From: Escherichia coli
Lineage (GTDB): Bacteria > Pseudomonadota > Gammaproteobacteria > Enterobacterales > Enterobacteriaceae
Length of the DNA stretch: 64,000 bases
NCBI GenBank assembly: GCA_029351405.1
Contig: GCA_029351405.1_4841.1
Reading direction: 5' to 3' (one strand)
Both the position numbers and the translations under genes were made by a program. The stretch's first letter is position 1. Each line of letters opens with the position of its first letter. Below the pieces are notes generated by a model. That model worked only from the letters and a program-made list of their open reading frames with translations. It was not told where the DNA came from and ran no database searches. Shown here piece after piece: positions 27,336 through 35,384 of the stretch.

Positions 27336-28202
27336 TTATTGGAAATCGCCAACATACATGTTCAGCTTGTCGTCCCAATTCAGAACGACACGGATCGTTC
27401 CGGTATCTTCTGGGAAGGTCAGTTTGTCACACATGGCGCGATTAACATAAGTCCCGCTCTGGTTGACGTTGTAGTCCTTGCCTTGCATGATACCAAAACG
27501 CTTGAAGTCGCGAGTGACCATCATGTTCAACGTGGTCCACGGAATGATGTCACGCAAGGCTTTGCACAGGACGATCTTGCCATCCGACCTGAACGACACA
27601 AACAGCTCGTTGGCGATACGACGGCGAGTAGGCGGTTCAAGTTCACGCAGGGAAATGAATTGTGAATTCTTTACCTTTTCTGCCAGCGCCTGTACTTCTG
27701 CTGGATCCGGCTTGAACGGCTCCACTGAAGAGTCAGACTTCATCACAACATCACCCTTGCGCTTCTCAACCAATTGCTTCACAGCCTTTTGACTCACGGG
27801 CGGGAGGTATTTGGACTTAGGAACAACCGCTGGCTTGATGACAGGGCTTGCATCTGGTTTCGCCTTTGGGGTACTCCGAGCCGCACGCAGCTTTTCCTGG
27901 GCTTGTAGAATGCGCTCTTGACGAGAAAGCGGAGCCTTTGGGGTGATCTTCGTACTGAAGTCAGAAACTCCGACCCAGTCACCCTGGTCGTTGCGCTTGG
28001 CGACCAGAGTCAGTTTGTGGATGATACCCTGAAGTTTGCTCTCACGTAAGTTGTCGGCATACCAGAACTTCGCGCCCATCTCGAACTTCTCGGCGAAGAT
28101 CACGCGAGCGTCTTCGTGTACCAACATAACTTTGGCTGCGTTGGGGGCAAAAGCCTTATTCTTTTCGATAATCGCCGCAGCGATTGTTTTGGTCAGGAGC
28201 AT
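27336..28202 (-). CDS. hypothetical protein (288 aa) with a Lys/Pro-rich central linker
   Basis: ATG at 28202. No motif recognised. Confidence 0.55.
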   Translation of the reverse strand: MLLTKTIAAAIIEKNKAFAPNAAKVMLVHEDARVIFAEKFEMGAKFWYADNLRESKLQGIIHKLTLVAKRNDQGDWVGVSDFSTKITPKAPLSRQERILQAQEKLRAARSTPKAKPDASPVIKPAVVPKSKYLPPVSQKAVKQLVEKRKGDVVMKSDSSVEPFKPDPAEVQALAEKVKNSQFISLRELEPPTRRRIANELFVSFRSDGKIVLCKALRDIIPWTTLNMMVTRDFKRFGIMQGKDYNVNQSGTYVNRAMCDKLTFPEDTGTIRVVLNWDDKLNMYVGDFQ

Positions 28203-28241
28203 CACAGTGTATTCCTTCAGTTCACAATGTAGGGCTAAATT

Positions 28242-28568
28242 TTAACCCGAAACTTTATTTTGAAATCCGACAAAGTCCTGGGCAATTCCCCGGCAATACA
28301 TCAGGTCTTTCTTCGTTTGTGCACTGTTGTCAGCCGCAGTCAGCATCATGGGAAGGTCCAGCGCATTCTCTATCTGATCAACACTGAACAGATCAAGGCG
28401 CTTCAGCTCTCCCTCGAAGTCAGACAGTAGGATAGATGTGTCTTTGTCATCTGGGTGGAACTGCTGATACGTCTCCATCCATGCCACACATGTGTTCAGT
28501 TTGGACGGTGGCGCAGCGTTTACACACCCGGCTATCAGTACCAACAAGAGCAGGATTTTACATTTCAT
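28242..28568 (-). CDS. predicted lipoprotein (108 aa)
   Basis: MKCKILLLLVLIAGC has a lipobox LIAG|C. The ATG overlaps the upstream TGA (TGATG). Confidence 0.65.
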   Translation of the reverse strand: MKCKILLLLVLIAGCVNAAPPSKLNTCVAWMETYQQFHPDDKDTSILLSDFEGELKRLDLFSVDQIENALDLPMMLTAADNSAQTKKDLMYCRGIAQDFVGFQNKVSG

Positions 28569-29254
28569 CACTCGTTCTCCTTCATCATATTGTCGCAGTC
28601 AACGCGAGTCTGCTGGAGTTCGCGTGACATGCGAGGATCATCAAGGTTCACGCTCAGATTCGTGGCCAGGTCTTTCAGACCGTTCTGAACCCTGTCTTCA
28701 AAGTAATAATCGTTCTCAACCAACCAGGCTCTGAGACCGAGAGCGCGAGTGCGCCATTCCTTCTTCAGGACGCGATCAGAGGTCTGCGTAGCGCTGTATT
28801 CGAATACTTTGATGCACTGGTTGCCATCGTTGATAAGGTTCAGGTGGCGGCGACCAACCTGCACACCCTTCTGTAATGCCGGAGAAGGGAGCGAACGACA
28901 CTGTCTTACGGTCATTCGGCCTTGGGTGCCCATACGCCCAGTCATGATTAAATCGCCAGCCTCCATGCCTCCACGGTTAAATTCGTCGTCATTGAGGTAG
29001 CCCTTGAGGTTATAGGCTCCCTGTTTGTAACGGTTGAACTCAATTCCGGCATTGACGACAGCAGTGGAGACGTTGCCTGTGTTCCAGAGTTCAGCGAAGT
29101 TCTCTATGGAACCAGACTTGTCGATGGCAACCGCCTGGGAGAACCCAGCACAATAGGAAAGGTCGGACCACAGTTTATCACCTGTGGAGTTCAGATTGGC
29201 AGCGGCGGGTAATGCCAGACCAGCCAGCACAACCCCGAGGATTAAACGTTTCAT
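28568..29254 (-). CDS. predicted secreted/periplasmic protein (228 aa)
   Basis: ATG at 29254 with SD AAGGAG. Signal peptide MKRLILGVVLAGLALPAAA|N. Confidence 0.65.
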   Translation of the reverse strand: MKRLILGVVLAGLALPAAANLNSTGDKLWSDLSYCAGFSQAVAIDKSGSIENFAELWNTGNVSTAVVNAGIEFNRYKQGAYNLKGYLNDDEFNRGGMEAGDLIMTGRMGTQGRMTVRQCRSLPSPALQKGVQVGRRHLNLINDGNQCIKVFEYSATQTSDRVLKKEWRTRALGLRAWLVENDYYFEDRVQNGLKDLATNLSVNLDDPRMSRELQQTRVDCDNMMKENE

Positions 29255-29333
29255 GGTGATTCTCCTTATTTCATTGGATGAAATGATAGGCGGCTCACCA
29301 TGTTGAGTAAAGGGTTTCAATAAACTATCGTAT

Positions 29334-29783
29334 TCAGAAACGGGTATCGCTGACCGTTCTGTATCGCACACCCTGAAACTGTTTAGCGAGTTTAACAAAT
29401 TCCATCGCTGGTAAATCAACTTTGTAGACCTTCATGCGCTGTTTGCCGTCCATGTTCAACGCAGCGACAAATCGGTGTGAGCCGTCAACAACGTAATTGT
29501 CAGAAGACACCCAAACCCGACCCATAGGTTTCTTATTTCTGATGTTCTTCATGATCTTCCAGACCTTCATCTTGTTGATTTCGTTCTGGGTAAGACGAAG
29601 CATTTTGATGGGCACTTGCGCAGCATCTATGGACACGCCGTTGTCTTCAAGATATTTGTGAAAATCTTCTTGTTTGTCGGCATCGATTTGCGGCATAGAA
29701 GAACGAGAAAGCCCGAGGTTCCCAACAGGAATCCTCAGGCCGTTAATGATGTTCAACCAGTCAATAAAAGATGTAAGGAACAT
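29334..29783 (-). CDS. ParB-like nuclease (ParBc/sulfiredoxin-fold) domain protein
   Basis: LRLTQNEI ... VVDGSHRFVAAL resembles the ParB N-terminal DGHHR box. Confidence 0.5.
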   Translation of the reverse strand: MFLTSFIDWLNIINGLRIPVGNLGLSRSSMPQIDADKQEDFHKYLEDNGVSIDAAQVPIKMLRLTQNEINKMKVWKIMKNIRNKKPMGRVWVSSDNYVVDGSHRFVAALNMDGKQRMKVYKVDLPAMEFVKLAKQFQGVRYRTVSDTRF

Positions 29784-29815
29784 GACACACCTCGGGATAT
29801 AGGGTTATCCCTTAG

Positions 29816-29974
29816 TTAGCGCATCCATCGATCCTTTCTCTCTTTCTCCTTGCGTTCGCGACGTTTCTGGTCGGATCGGAATAACCAATAGAAGAAGTTC
29901 CCACCCAAGATGAAAACCACCGCGATTATTACTAGGACACCCTTCACAATTTCCCAAACCAATTCTTTATCCAA
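29816..29974 (-). CDS. small single-pass membrane protein with a highly basic tail (about 52 aa)
   Basis: Probable TTG start at 29974, 5 nt after SD GAGGTG and 1 nt after the upstream TAA. TM segment VLVIIAVVFILGGNFFYWLF followed by RSDQKRRERKEKERKDRWMR. Confidence 0.45.
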   Translation of the reverse strand: MDKELVWEIVKGVLVIIAVVFILGGNFFYWLFRSDQKRRERKEKERKDRWMR

Positions 29975-29975
29975 A

Positions 29976-30263
29976 TTACACCTCGTCTTCTTCAGGTCCA
30001 CCGTCAATCAGGATACGAGCGGTGTCGAAAGTTTCCCCACCCGTGTTCAACAGCTTGGTTAGATCATCAAGAGTACCGACAGGACCAAGATCAGCCTGGC
30101 GGAGAACGAACTCTAGAAGCCCGTAGAGCGCTGATTGGAAACGGGAGTTGTCGATATCGTTCTTGACTTCCATCAGGCGGACAACATTGGCAGACTGGAC
30201 ATAACTCAGCTGAGTCTTACCTTTTGCCATGTCTTTCACGGAACGGCGTTGTTCAGGCGTCAT
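29976..30263 (-). CDS. hypothetical protein (95 aa)
   Basis: ATGA coupling to the upstream gene. Confidence 0.5.
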   Translation of the reverse strand: MTPEQRRSVKDMAKGKTQLSYVQSANVVRLMEVKNDIDNSRFQSALYGLLEFVLRQADLGPVGTLDDLTKLLNTGGETFDTARILIDGGPEEDEV

Positions 30264-30637
30264 AATGTTCCACCCCCGACAGAGATCAAGAACTCTTCTT
30301 GCATGGTCTTGACCGGGTGGTGGTTTCGGATTTCGATCATGAAGCCCCAGCCGCCGTCGGCGACGTTGCCAAAGGTCTTGACGCCAAAGGACTTCGTCCC
30401 GTTGGAGCAGGAATAGATGTCCAGGACGTATGGGCTACCCTGATTGTCGATCCCACGATTCACGTCTTCTGATACGCAGCGCTCAATCATCTTCCCGTTC
30501 TTATACAGAACGAGGTCTTGGCCATACGCCTTGAAAGCATAAACACCGTTGGTAGACACTCCGGTGATGACAGGAGGGGCGGAAACAGCAGCAAAGGAAG
30601 CGCCTAGCAGGGCAACAGCGAGGATTAACTTTTTCAT
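30260..30637 (-). CDS. predicted secreted protein (125 aa)
   Basis: ATG at 30637 in the cassette TTGAAACCAAGAGACTATATCATG. Signal peptide MKKLILAVALLGASFAAVSA|P. Confidence 0.65.
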   Translation of the reverse strand: MKKLILAVALLGASFAAVSAPPVITGVSTNGVYAFKAYGQDLVLYKNGKMIERCVSEDVNRGIDNQGSPYVLDIYSCSNGTKSFGVKTFGNVADGGWGFMIEIRNHHPVKTMQEEFLISVGGGTL

Positions 30638-30661
30638 GATATAGTCTCTTGGTTTCAAATG

Positions 30662-30683
30662 GGCGGGGTATGATTACCCCGCC
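30662..30683 (-). promoter_or_regulatory. GC-rich leader hairpin followed by CATTTGAAA
   Basis: Minus strand reads GGCGGGGTAatcaTACCCCGCC. Its stem is identical to that of the hairpin at 31223-31240 and its loop is complementary. Confidence 0.55.
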
Positions 30684-30689
30684 GTGGGT

Positions 30690-31196
30690 TTATAGAGTAA
30701 CAAGTGATACGGTAAAAACCATCGTCCCGTCTGTTGCCATTTTTCTTGAAACTGGTATGACGCGAGGCTGGCAGAATATCCATTCTTTCTCCATGGACGC
30801 CAAGTCCAGCATATCCATTTCTGATTCATCGCCTTTGTTCACAAATTTTTCTAGAGAACCATAGACATTAAGCCCCTCCGGGAGTCCGTTTCGATGTTTG
30901 TAACAAATGCGGGCAACAGCTTTGGTTCCGTACGATTTAGAAAATTGTTTGGCCACATGCTTCAGTTCACTGAAGCTAAGACAAGAATCCCATGTCTGGA
31001 ACATGTCGCCTCGTTCAAACATCATCTCTAAACGCGCAACGTCCTCTTTAGGCAGCCCGCGATAAAGTGTGGTCGTCTGTGGTTCGCGTAATTCTTGCAC
31101 CAGATCACGGACGGCAGGGGAAACAGTACCGGGGCGCATTATGTGGGACTTATCATGGACGAGGTAAAATAAATCTTGAATTTGTTGATCGGTCAT
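30690..31196 (-). CDS. candidate mono-ADP-ribosyltransferase (R-S-ExE class; T4 Alt/Mod-like size)
   Basis: 168 aa. The ordered motifs TLYRGLP (Arg), CLSFSEL (S-x-S) and MEKEWIF (E-x-E) have spacing typical of the ART fold. ATG at 31196 in the exact cassette. Confidence 0.45.
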   Translation of the reverse strand: MTDQQIQDLFYLVHDKSHIMRPGTVSPAVRDLVQELREPQTTTLYRGLPKEDVARLEMMFERGDMFQTWDSCLSFSELKHVAKQFSKSYGTKAVARICYKHRNGLPEGLNVYGSLEKFVNKGDESEMDMLDLASMEKEWIFCQPRVIPVSRKMATDGTMVFTVSLVTL

Positions 31197-31222
31197 GGTA
31201 TAGTTCCTGCATTTCAAATAGA

Positions 31223-31240
31223 CGGGGTAATCATACCCCG
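31223..31240 (-). promoter_or_regulatory. GC-rich leader hairpin followed by TATTTGAAA
   Basis: Minus strand reads CGGGGTAtgatTACCCCG. Confidence 0.55.
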
Positions 31241-31302
31241 CCCAAAGTTATAGAATTAACTGATGTGCTTCAGAAGAGCGAAGAGGATCGCGGCCTTGGC
31301 CT

Positions 31303-31494
31303 TTACCTTTCCCACGATACCTGTCTCGACATCAACTTCTTCAGCAACCCACTCTTTCCCTTCTTGCTGATGATAACGTCACGACGCTGTGCGTAGACTT
31401 CTTTGGTCGCATACACACGACGGAACCCTTTAGCGCGGAGCAAGCCCCAATTGCGATCAATTTCTACTGAGGTTTCTACCATTTTGTTCTTCAT
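31303..31494 (-). CDS. small basic early protein (63 aa); possible -1 frameshift extension to 31256
   Basis: ATG at 31494 downstream of an early promoter. An in-frame G_GGA_AAG heptamer lies at 31354-31360, and the -1 frame stays open to the TAA at 31256-31258. Confidence 0.5.
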   Translation of the reverse strand: MKNKMVETSVEIDRNWGLLRAKGFRRVYATKEVYAQRRDVIISKKGKSGLLKKLMSRQVSWER

Positions 31495-31545
31495 GTTATA
31501 ATCTTACCTTTCAACCCGGTGAACCCATCGTTCGCCAGTTATTGA

Positions 31546-31574
31546 ATAATAGGACATTCCTTAGAGGAAGTAAA
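31546..31574 (-). promoter_or_regulatory. early promoter TTTACT-N17-TATTAT
   Basis: Minus strand reads ggggTTTACTtcctctaaggaatgtccTATTATtcaataac. Confidence 0.6.
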
Positions 31575-31585
31575 CCCCTAAAAGT

Positions 31586-31610
31586 AAAAATCCCCAACGT
31601 TTGTTGGGGA
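31586..31610 (-). terminator. rho-independent terminator after the ACP-like gene
   Basis: Minus strand reads TCCCCAACaaacGTTGGGGAttttta. Confidence 0.7.
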
Positions 31611-31616
31611 CTTCTG

Positions 31617-31940
31617 TTATTTGCGCAGGGCAACTACGAGTTCAGCGAGTTCACCCATGGTCGGGTCATCACCTTTACTGCCCAGCCAACCATCGTCGAT
31701 TTCGACCTGAAACTCTTCTTCGAGGTCCATTACAATTTCGATAGCGTCCAGTTCATCACCGCCGAGGTCTTTCTTGGTACGGAGGCCAGCCAGCTTGTCC
31801 AGGGCGTCCTCGTTCTGAGATGCCACGTCGTCCAGCAATTTGCGCTTGTCATCGTCACGCCACAGATCCAAGTTCAGATTGTCAGTGGCGTACTGAGCCA
31901 GATGACGCATGACTTCAACATATGTTGGTTTGCTGCTCAT
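31617..31940 (-). CDS. acyl carrier protein-like protein lacking the phosphopantetheine serine
   Basis: KKDLGGDELDAIEIVMDLEEEFQVEIDD aligns with E. coli ACP [27 protein letters not shown]. The DSL serine is replaced by Glu. There is an extra N-terminal extension of about 45 aa. Confidence 0.65.
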   Translation of the reverse strand: MSSKPTYVEVMRHLAQYATDNLNLDLWRDDDKRKLLDDVASQNEDALDKLAGLRTKKDLGGDELDAIEIVMDLEEEFQVEIDDGWLGSKGDDPTMGELAELVVALRK

Positions 31941-31982
31941 GCTACTTCTCCCAAAGAATGGCGGGTTGCCCCGCCCGTTGGA

Positions 31983-34184
31983 TTAGATTTTGATTTCTTT
32001 CTCTGTCAGTTCGGCAGTGACCTTGTACTTCACCCCATCCACTTCAACTTCCATGGTGGACTCTTCCAGGTCGAGGTCGGTGAACCAGCCATGACCAGCA
32101 ACGATACCATACACCACTTTAGACAGCGTCTTGTTCAGGGCGCGGACTTCGGTGATGGCCGCCTTGGTAGCAGCGTCGATCCAGTTTTCGATCAGCTGTT
32201 TCTGTAGGGCTTCAGGCACGGCAGTGATCATAGGAGACTTCACAAATGCTTCGTACTCTTTCAGAGCATTGGCGATGAACAAGTCACCAGCATTGAGTTT
32301 CTTGTTCTCGGCGATCTTCTTCTGTACTGCCGCGATGCTCGGTAGTGAAGATGCCCCGGCGATCTTAACGTTCAGCTCACGGCTCATGTAGACGTCCGTG
32401 GAGTCCTTCAGTTCGGTCTTCGGTGAGAAGCCGTAATCGCGGATGCCGTAGGAGGACAGGAACTCGGCCGCCTCAGCGCCGTACTGTACTGCCAGGCCTT
32501 TGGCGTTACCCTTACCAACCAGGGCGTCTCGATAGAACTTCAGTACCTTCTGCTTGCCTTTCAGGGCTTCCAGGCGGACATTATCCGCAAAGAACTGAGC
32601 AGCACTGATGTTCTTGACCATGGCGCGGTTGACCAGCGGTACGCTTTCCAGGTTCAGGATGAACACTTCCGGACCACCAAACACGTGGACGCCCATTTCG
32701 ATCAGCTTCTGTACAACTTCGATATCAGCCTTGAACGGCAGAGTCTTCACGTTAATGATACCGTCTTTGACGATGGTGTAGTTGCGCCACTGGAAAGTAT
32801 CCAGTTCTTCAGGCAGGCCAAACTTCTTCTGTGCGAATTCAGGCACAGCCACAGTACCGTGTTGAATTGTACGCACACTGATGTTCGGGCGCTCGGAGTT
32901 ATAGACCAAATCGCTGATTGGCACAACACCCAGGTCGTTGGTAGGTTCGAACGTCGGGTTCCACTCTTCGTGTTCTGCCAGCTTGAGAGCCAGGGCTTTA
33001 CGCTCTTCTTTGGACTGAGCATTCGCGATCTGTTCTGCCAGCTTGTCTTCGGTGTCGTCGGTTTTCTGCACAGTACCGCGCCCGATACTCTTATAGGAGA
33101 ACATCGGATGCTTGGTAGCAACAGGCACACCAGCTTCAGCCAGGTACGTCAGCACATCAACGACGGTTGTCGCATCTTCAGCCGGAACCATGTCATAGTC
33201 AATACCGTCAACGCCGCGCAGCTGGTCATCAACAATCGCCTGAACCAGATCGTTCTTGATGTTGGAGTAGTCCTGCTTGGTGAAGCAGTTGCTGTACTGT
33301 TTGATGAAGCGAACGTCGCCCGTCTTCTTCAGCGCAGCCCAAACCAGATCTGCGTCCATAGTGTGTACGCCGTAGAACGCCAGCACGTATGCCGCCTGGA
33401 TGTCCGTCAGGCTATCCATCTGGTCGATCATGTTAGGGTTTACAACCCACAGCTTGGTGACGCTCTCAGGGATGCTCACATAGCCGACCGGGTGAGAGTC
33501 ATCGTCCTGTACCGCCAGCACTGTTGCCACACCGTTTTCGACGTAGATTGCATGGGTGTAGATGACTGGGACATCAACTTTCACCTTCGGCACTGATGAC
33601 TTCAGCACGTTTTCCAGTTCGTTCTGGTATTCGGTCTGACCTTCGGCAAACACGTGAGTAGCACCGGAGCGTTCGGCCATCTGCGCCAGCAGTTCGCGGT
33701 TACAGTACCAGCCGTATTCGATAAATGTAATGTTATCGAAAGCAAATGGCAGGGTCTCAGCAACCAGTAAGATTTCGTTGGTACGCCAGCAGTTGTCATA
33801 ACCATCGGTCATGAATGCCAGGTTGTTGACGTAGCCAGGTTTCTTCAGGTCACGCGCAGTATCCATCGCCAGTTTCAATGGCTCAACGAAACCAGTACAG
33901 CCGGATGGTTGCAGGAAACGGTCGATCAGTTTGTTCAGCTCGCTCAGGTCAGATGCGACACCGATCTGACGCCCGGCAAATACCGTTCCGAAATCACCGC
34001 GAGATGAAAAGTAAAGGATGCTCACAGTATCTTCGGGTTTCACCAGGGAAGGTAGGTTCTCCTTCAGATGCTTACGGACTTCTGGAAGTGAACGATACAT
34101 GGAACCGGAGATATCCACAACGATTACATGGTTAGACGGCGCGACGGTCGCAACCGCATTCTTAAATGTTAATGATTCAATCAT
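31983..34184 (-). CDS. von Willebrand factor A (vWA) domain protein (733 aa)
   Basis: ATG at 34184 (MIESLTF). MIDAS motif VVVDISGSM, then ILYFSS and MTDG. The large C-terminal region is unassigned. Confidence 0.75.
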   Translation of the reverse strand: MIESLTFKNAVATVAPSNHVIVVDISGSMYRSLPEVRKHLKENLPSLVKPEDTVSILYFSSRGDFGTVFAGRQIGVASDLSELNKLIDRFLQPSGCTGFVEPLKLAMDTARDLKKPGYVNNLAFMTDGYDNCWRTNEILLVAETLPFAFDNITFIEYGWYCNRELLAQMAERSGATHVFAEGQTEYQNELENVLKSSVPKVKVDVPVIYTHAIYVENGVATVLAVQDDDSHPVGYVSIPESVTKLWVVNPNMIDQMDSLTDIQAAYVLAFYGVHTMDADLVWAALKKTGDVRFIKQYSNCFTKQDYSNIKNDLVQAIVDDQLRGVDGIDYDMVPAEDATTVVDVLTYLAEAGVPVATKHPMFSYKSIGRGTVQKTDDTEDKLAEQIANAQSKEERKALALKLAEHEEWNPTFEPTNDLGVVPISDLVYNSERPNISVRTIQHGTVAVPEFAQKKFGLPEELDTFQWRNYTIVKDGIINVKTLPFKADIEVVQKLIEMGVHVFGGPEVFILNLESVPLVNRAMVKNISAAQFFADNVRLEALKGKQKVLKFYRDALVGKGNAKGLAVQYGAEAAEFLSSYGIRDYGFSPKTELKDSTDVYMSRELNVKIAGASSLPSIAAVQKKIAENKKLNAGDLFIANALKEYEAFVKSPMITAVPEALQKQLIENWIDAATKAAITEVRALNKTLSKVVYGIVAGHGWFTDLDLEESTMEVEVDGVKYKVTAELTEKEIKI

Positions 34185-34353
34185 CGTTTTGACCTTTTTG
34201 GGCTTTGGAGTGTTTGGAGTTCGCGTCGGCGTTCTCCAGCATAGTTTCAATGAAATCCCGGTTGTTTTCCATTTGGGCGACCAGAACATCACTGGGGCGG
34301 AATGATTTGTCAAGACAATCAAGTCCGGCGCGTTTTAATTTGTTGTCGGTCAT
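34177..34353 (-). CDS. hypothetical small protein (58 aa)
   Basis: ATG at 34353. Its 3' end overlaps the vWA start by 8 nt. Confidence 0.4.
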   Translation of the reverse strand: MTDNKLKRAGLDCLDKSFRPSDVLVAQMENNRDFIETMLENADANSKHSKAQKGQNDD

Positions 34354-34398
34354 CAGGCTCTCGTGAGTTATATTTCCCAACTATTTCAACATGGAACT

Positions 34399-34429
34399 AT
34401 TATATTACGACAGGCGGTATTGATGTCAA
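34399..34429 (-). promoter_or_regulatory. sigma70-type promoter with a perfect -35 TTGACA
   Basis: Minus strand reads TTGACAtcaataccgcctgtcgTAATATaat, in a 123-bp AT-rich intergenic region. Confidence 0.5.
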
Positions 34430-34503
34430 TTAATATAATAAAAATACCCGATTGAATATAACCGGGCATTATATTATTGACAGGTTGAAATATTATTCAG
34501 AGC

Positions 34504-35376
34504 TTATTTAAAGGAGTCTACAATGGATTTGAAAATATAATCTTTGGAGCGCTGTTGTACCGGGAGTTCTCCATACGGAACCATGCAAGGGTGTTGTTTG
34601 GTCTGAGGGTCTTTGACTGGGCCATACACCCAACCCTCAGACTCCTTCTCCGCCATCCATCTCTCATGCGATTCGCTGGGCTTACGATCACCAGTGAGGT
34701 GGAAGATAACACCTTTGCAAGCGCTCTCACGTTGCCAGGCCGGAGATTGTTCCCAAGGCAGTTGAGAGTCGTCACCAACAGACTTACAGTATGCGCGGTT
34801 GGCTTCATGACAAATCTTGGCGATGCGCAGAACCAATGGCGAATAAGTGAGATCGAGTTTGGAGTTGGCGCGCAGGAAATCACTAACAGTCTTACGAGAT
34901 TTGGCGTTATGAGATTCAACAACAAGTTCCATGTCATCCGGCCCACAAACGAAAGACGCCAAGAAGCGCTCACCATTTTCCGCTCTGAACGTCACGTCCT
35001 GAATCATCACATTGAAGCCGAGGTGATAGGCCGGATAGAGGGCGCTACGTTCAACAGCGTATTGATCGATCCGGATCTCTGCCGTTTCCGTGGCTTTGGC
35101 CAACAGATCTTGTTCAACAAGCGCCCGGTACGTCTCGAGCTGCCACAGCTGGTCGAAGGTATTATTGTAGGAAATCTCTTTGCCCAGGGCTTCATCGAAG
35201 TTGGCAGGGTCTATGGATGTGCTGGGCTTGGTGCCGTGAACGACGAAGCCGTTATCCATCTTGAAATGACAAGTGATAGCCCGGTGACCGCCGACTTCGC
35301 GGTCTTCGTAAATCACCTCAGCGATATGTGACTTCAGGACTTCAGGAGTGAGTTTTATGCCAGTACGAGTTGTCAT
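34504..35376 (-). CDS. fusion protein: N4-gp49/Sf6-gp66-like N-domain + RyR (ryanodine-receptor repeat) C-domain
   Basis: N-part ITCHFKMDNGFVVHG...DPANFDEALGKEISYNN..WQLETY. C-part HERWMAEKESEGWVYGPVKDPQTKQHPCMVPYGELPVQQRSKDY matches the RyR pattern GWxYGxxxDxxxKxHPxxVPYxEL. Confidence 0.65.
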   Translation of the reverse strand: MTTRTGIKLTPEVLKSHIAEVIYEDREVGGHRAITCHFKMDNGFVVHGTKPSTSIDPANFDEALGKEISYNNTFDQLWQLETYRALVEQDLLAKATETAEIRIDQYAVERSALYPAYHLGFNVMIQDVTFRAENGERFLASFVCGPDDMELVVESHNAKSRKTVSDFLRANSKLDLTYSPLVLRIAKICHEANRAYCKSVGDDSQLPWEQSPAWQRESACKGVIFHLTGDRKPSESHERWMAEKESEGWVYGPVKDPQTKQHPCMVPYGELPVQQRSKDYIFKSIVDSFK

Positions 35377-35384
35377 GTGTTATC

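Noticed and set aside
28568-29419. A 283-aa version of the secreted-protein ORF that overlaps the ParB-like gene.
   Set aside because: An internal ATG at 29254 has a strong AAGGAG SD and begins a canonical signal peptide. The upstream 55 codons overlap the 3' end of the preceding gene.
31270-31290. A second GGGAAAG heptamer (GTG GGA AAG) downstream of the first in the small early ORF.
   Set aside because: It is in phase only in the already shifted frame, and a further -1 slip leads nowhere. It is treated as coincidence.
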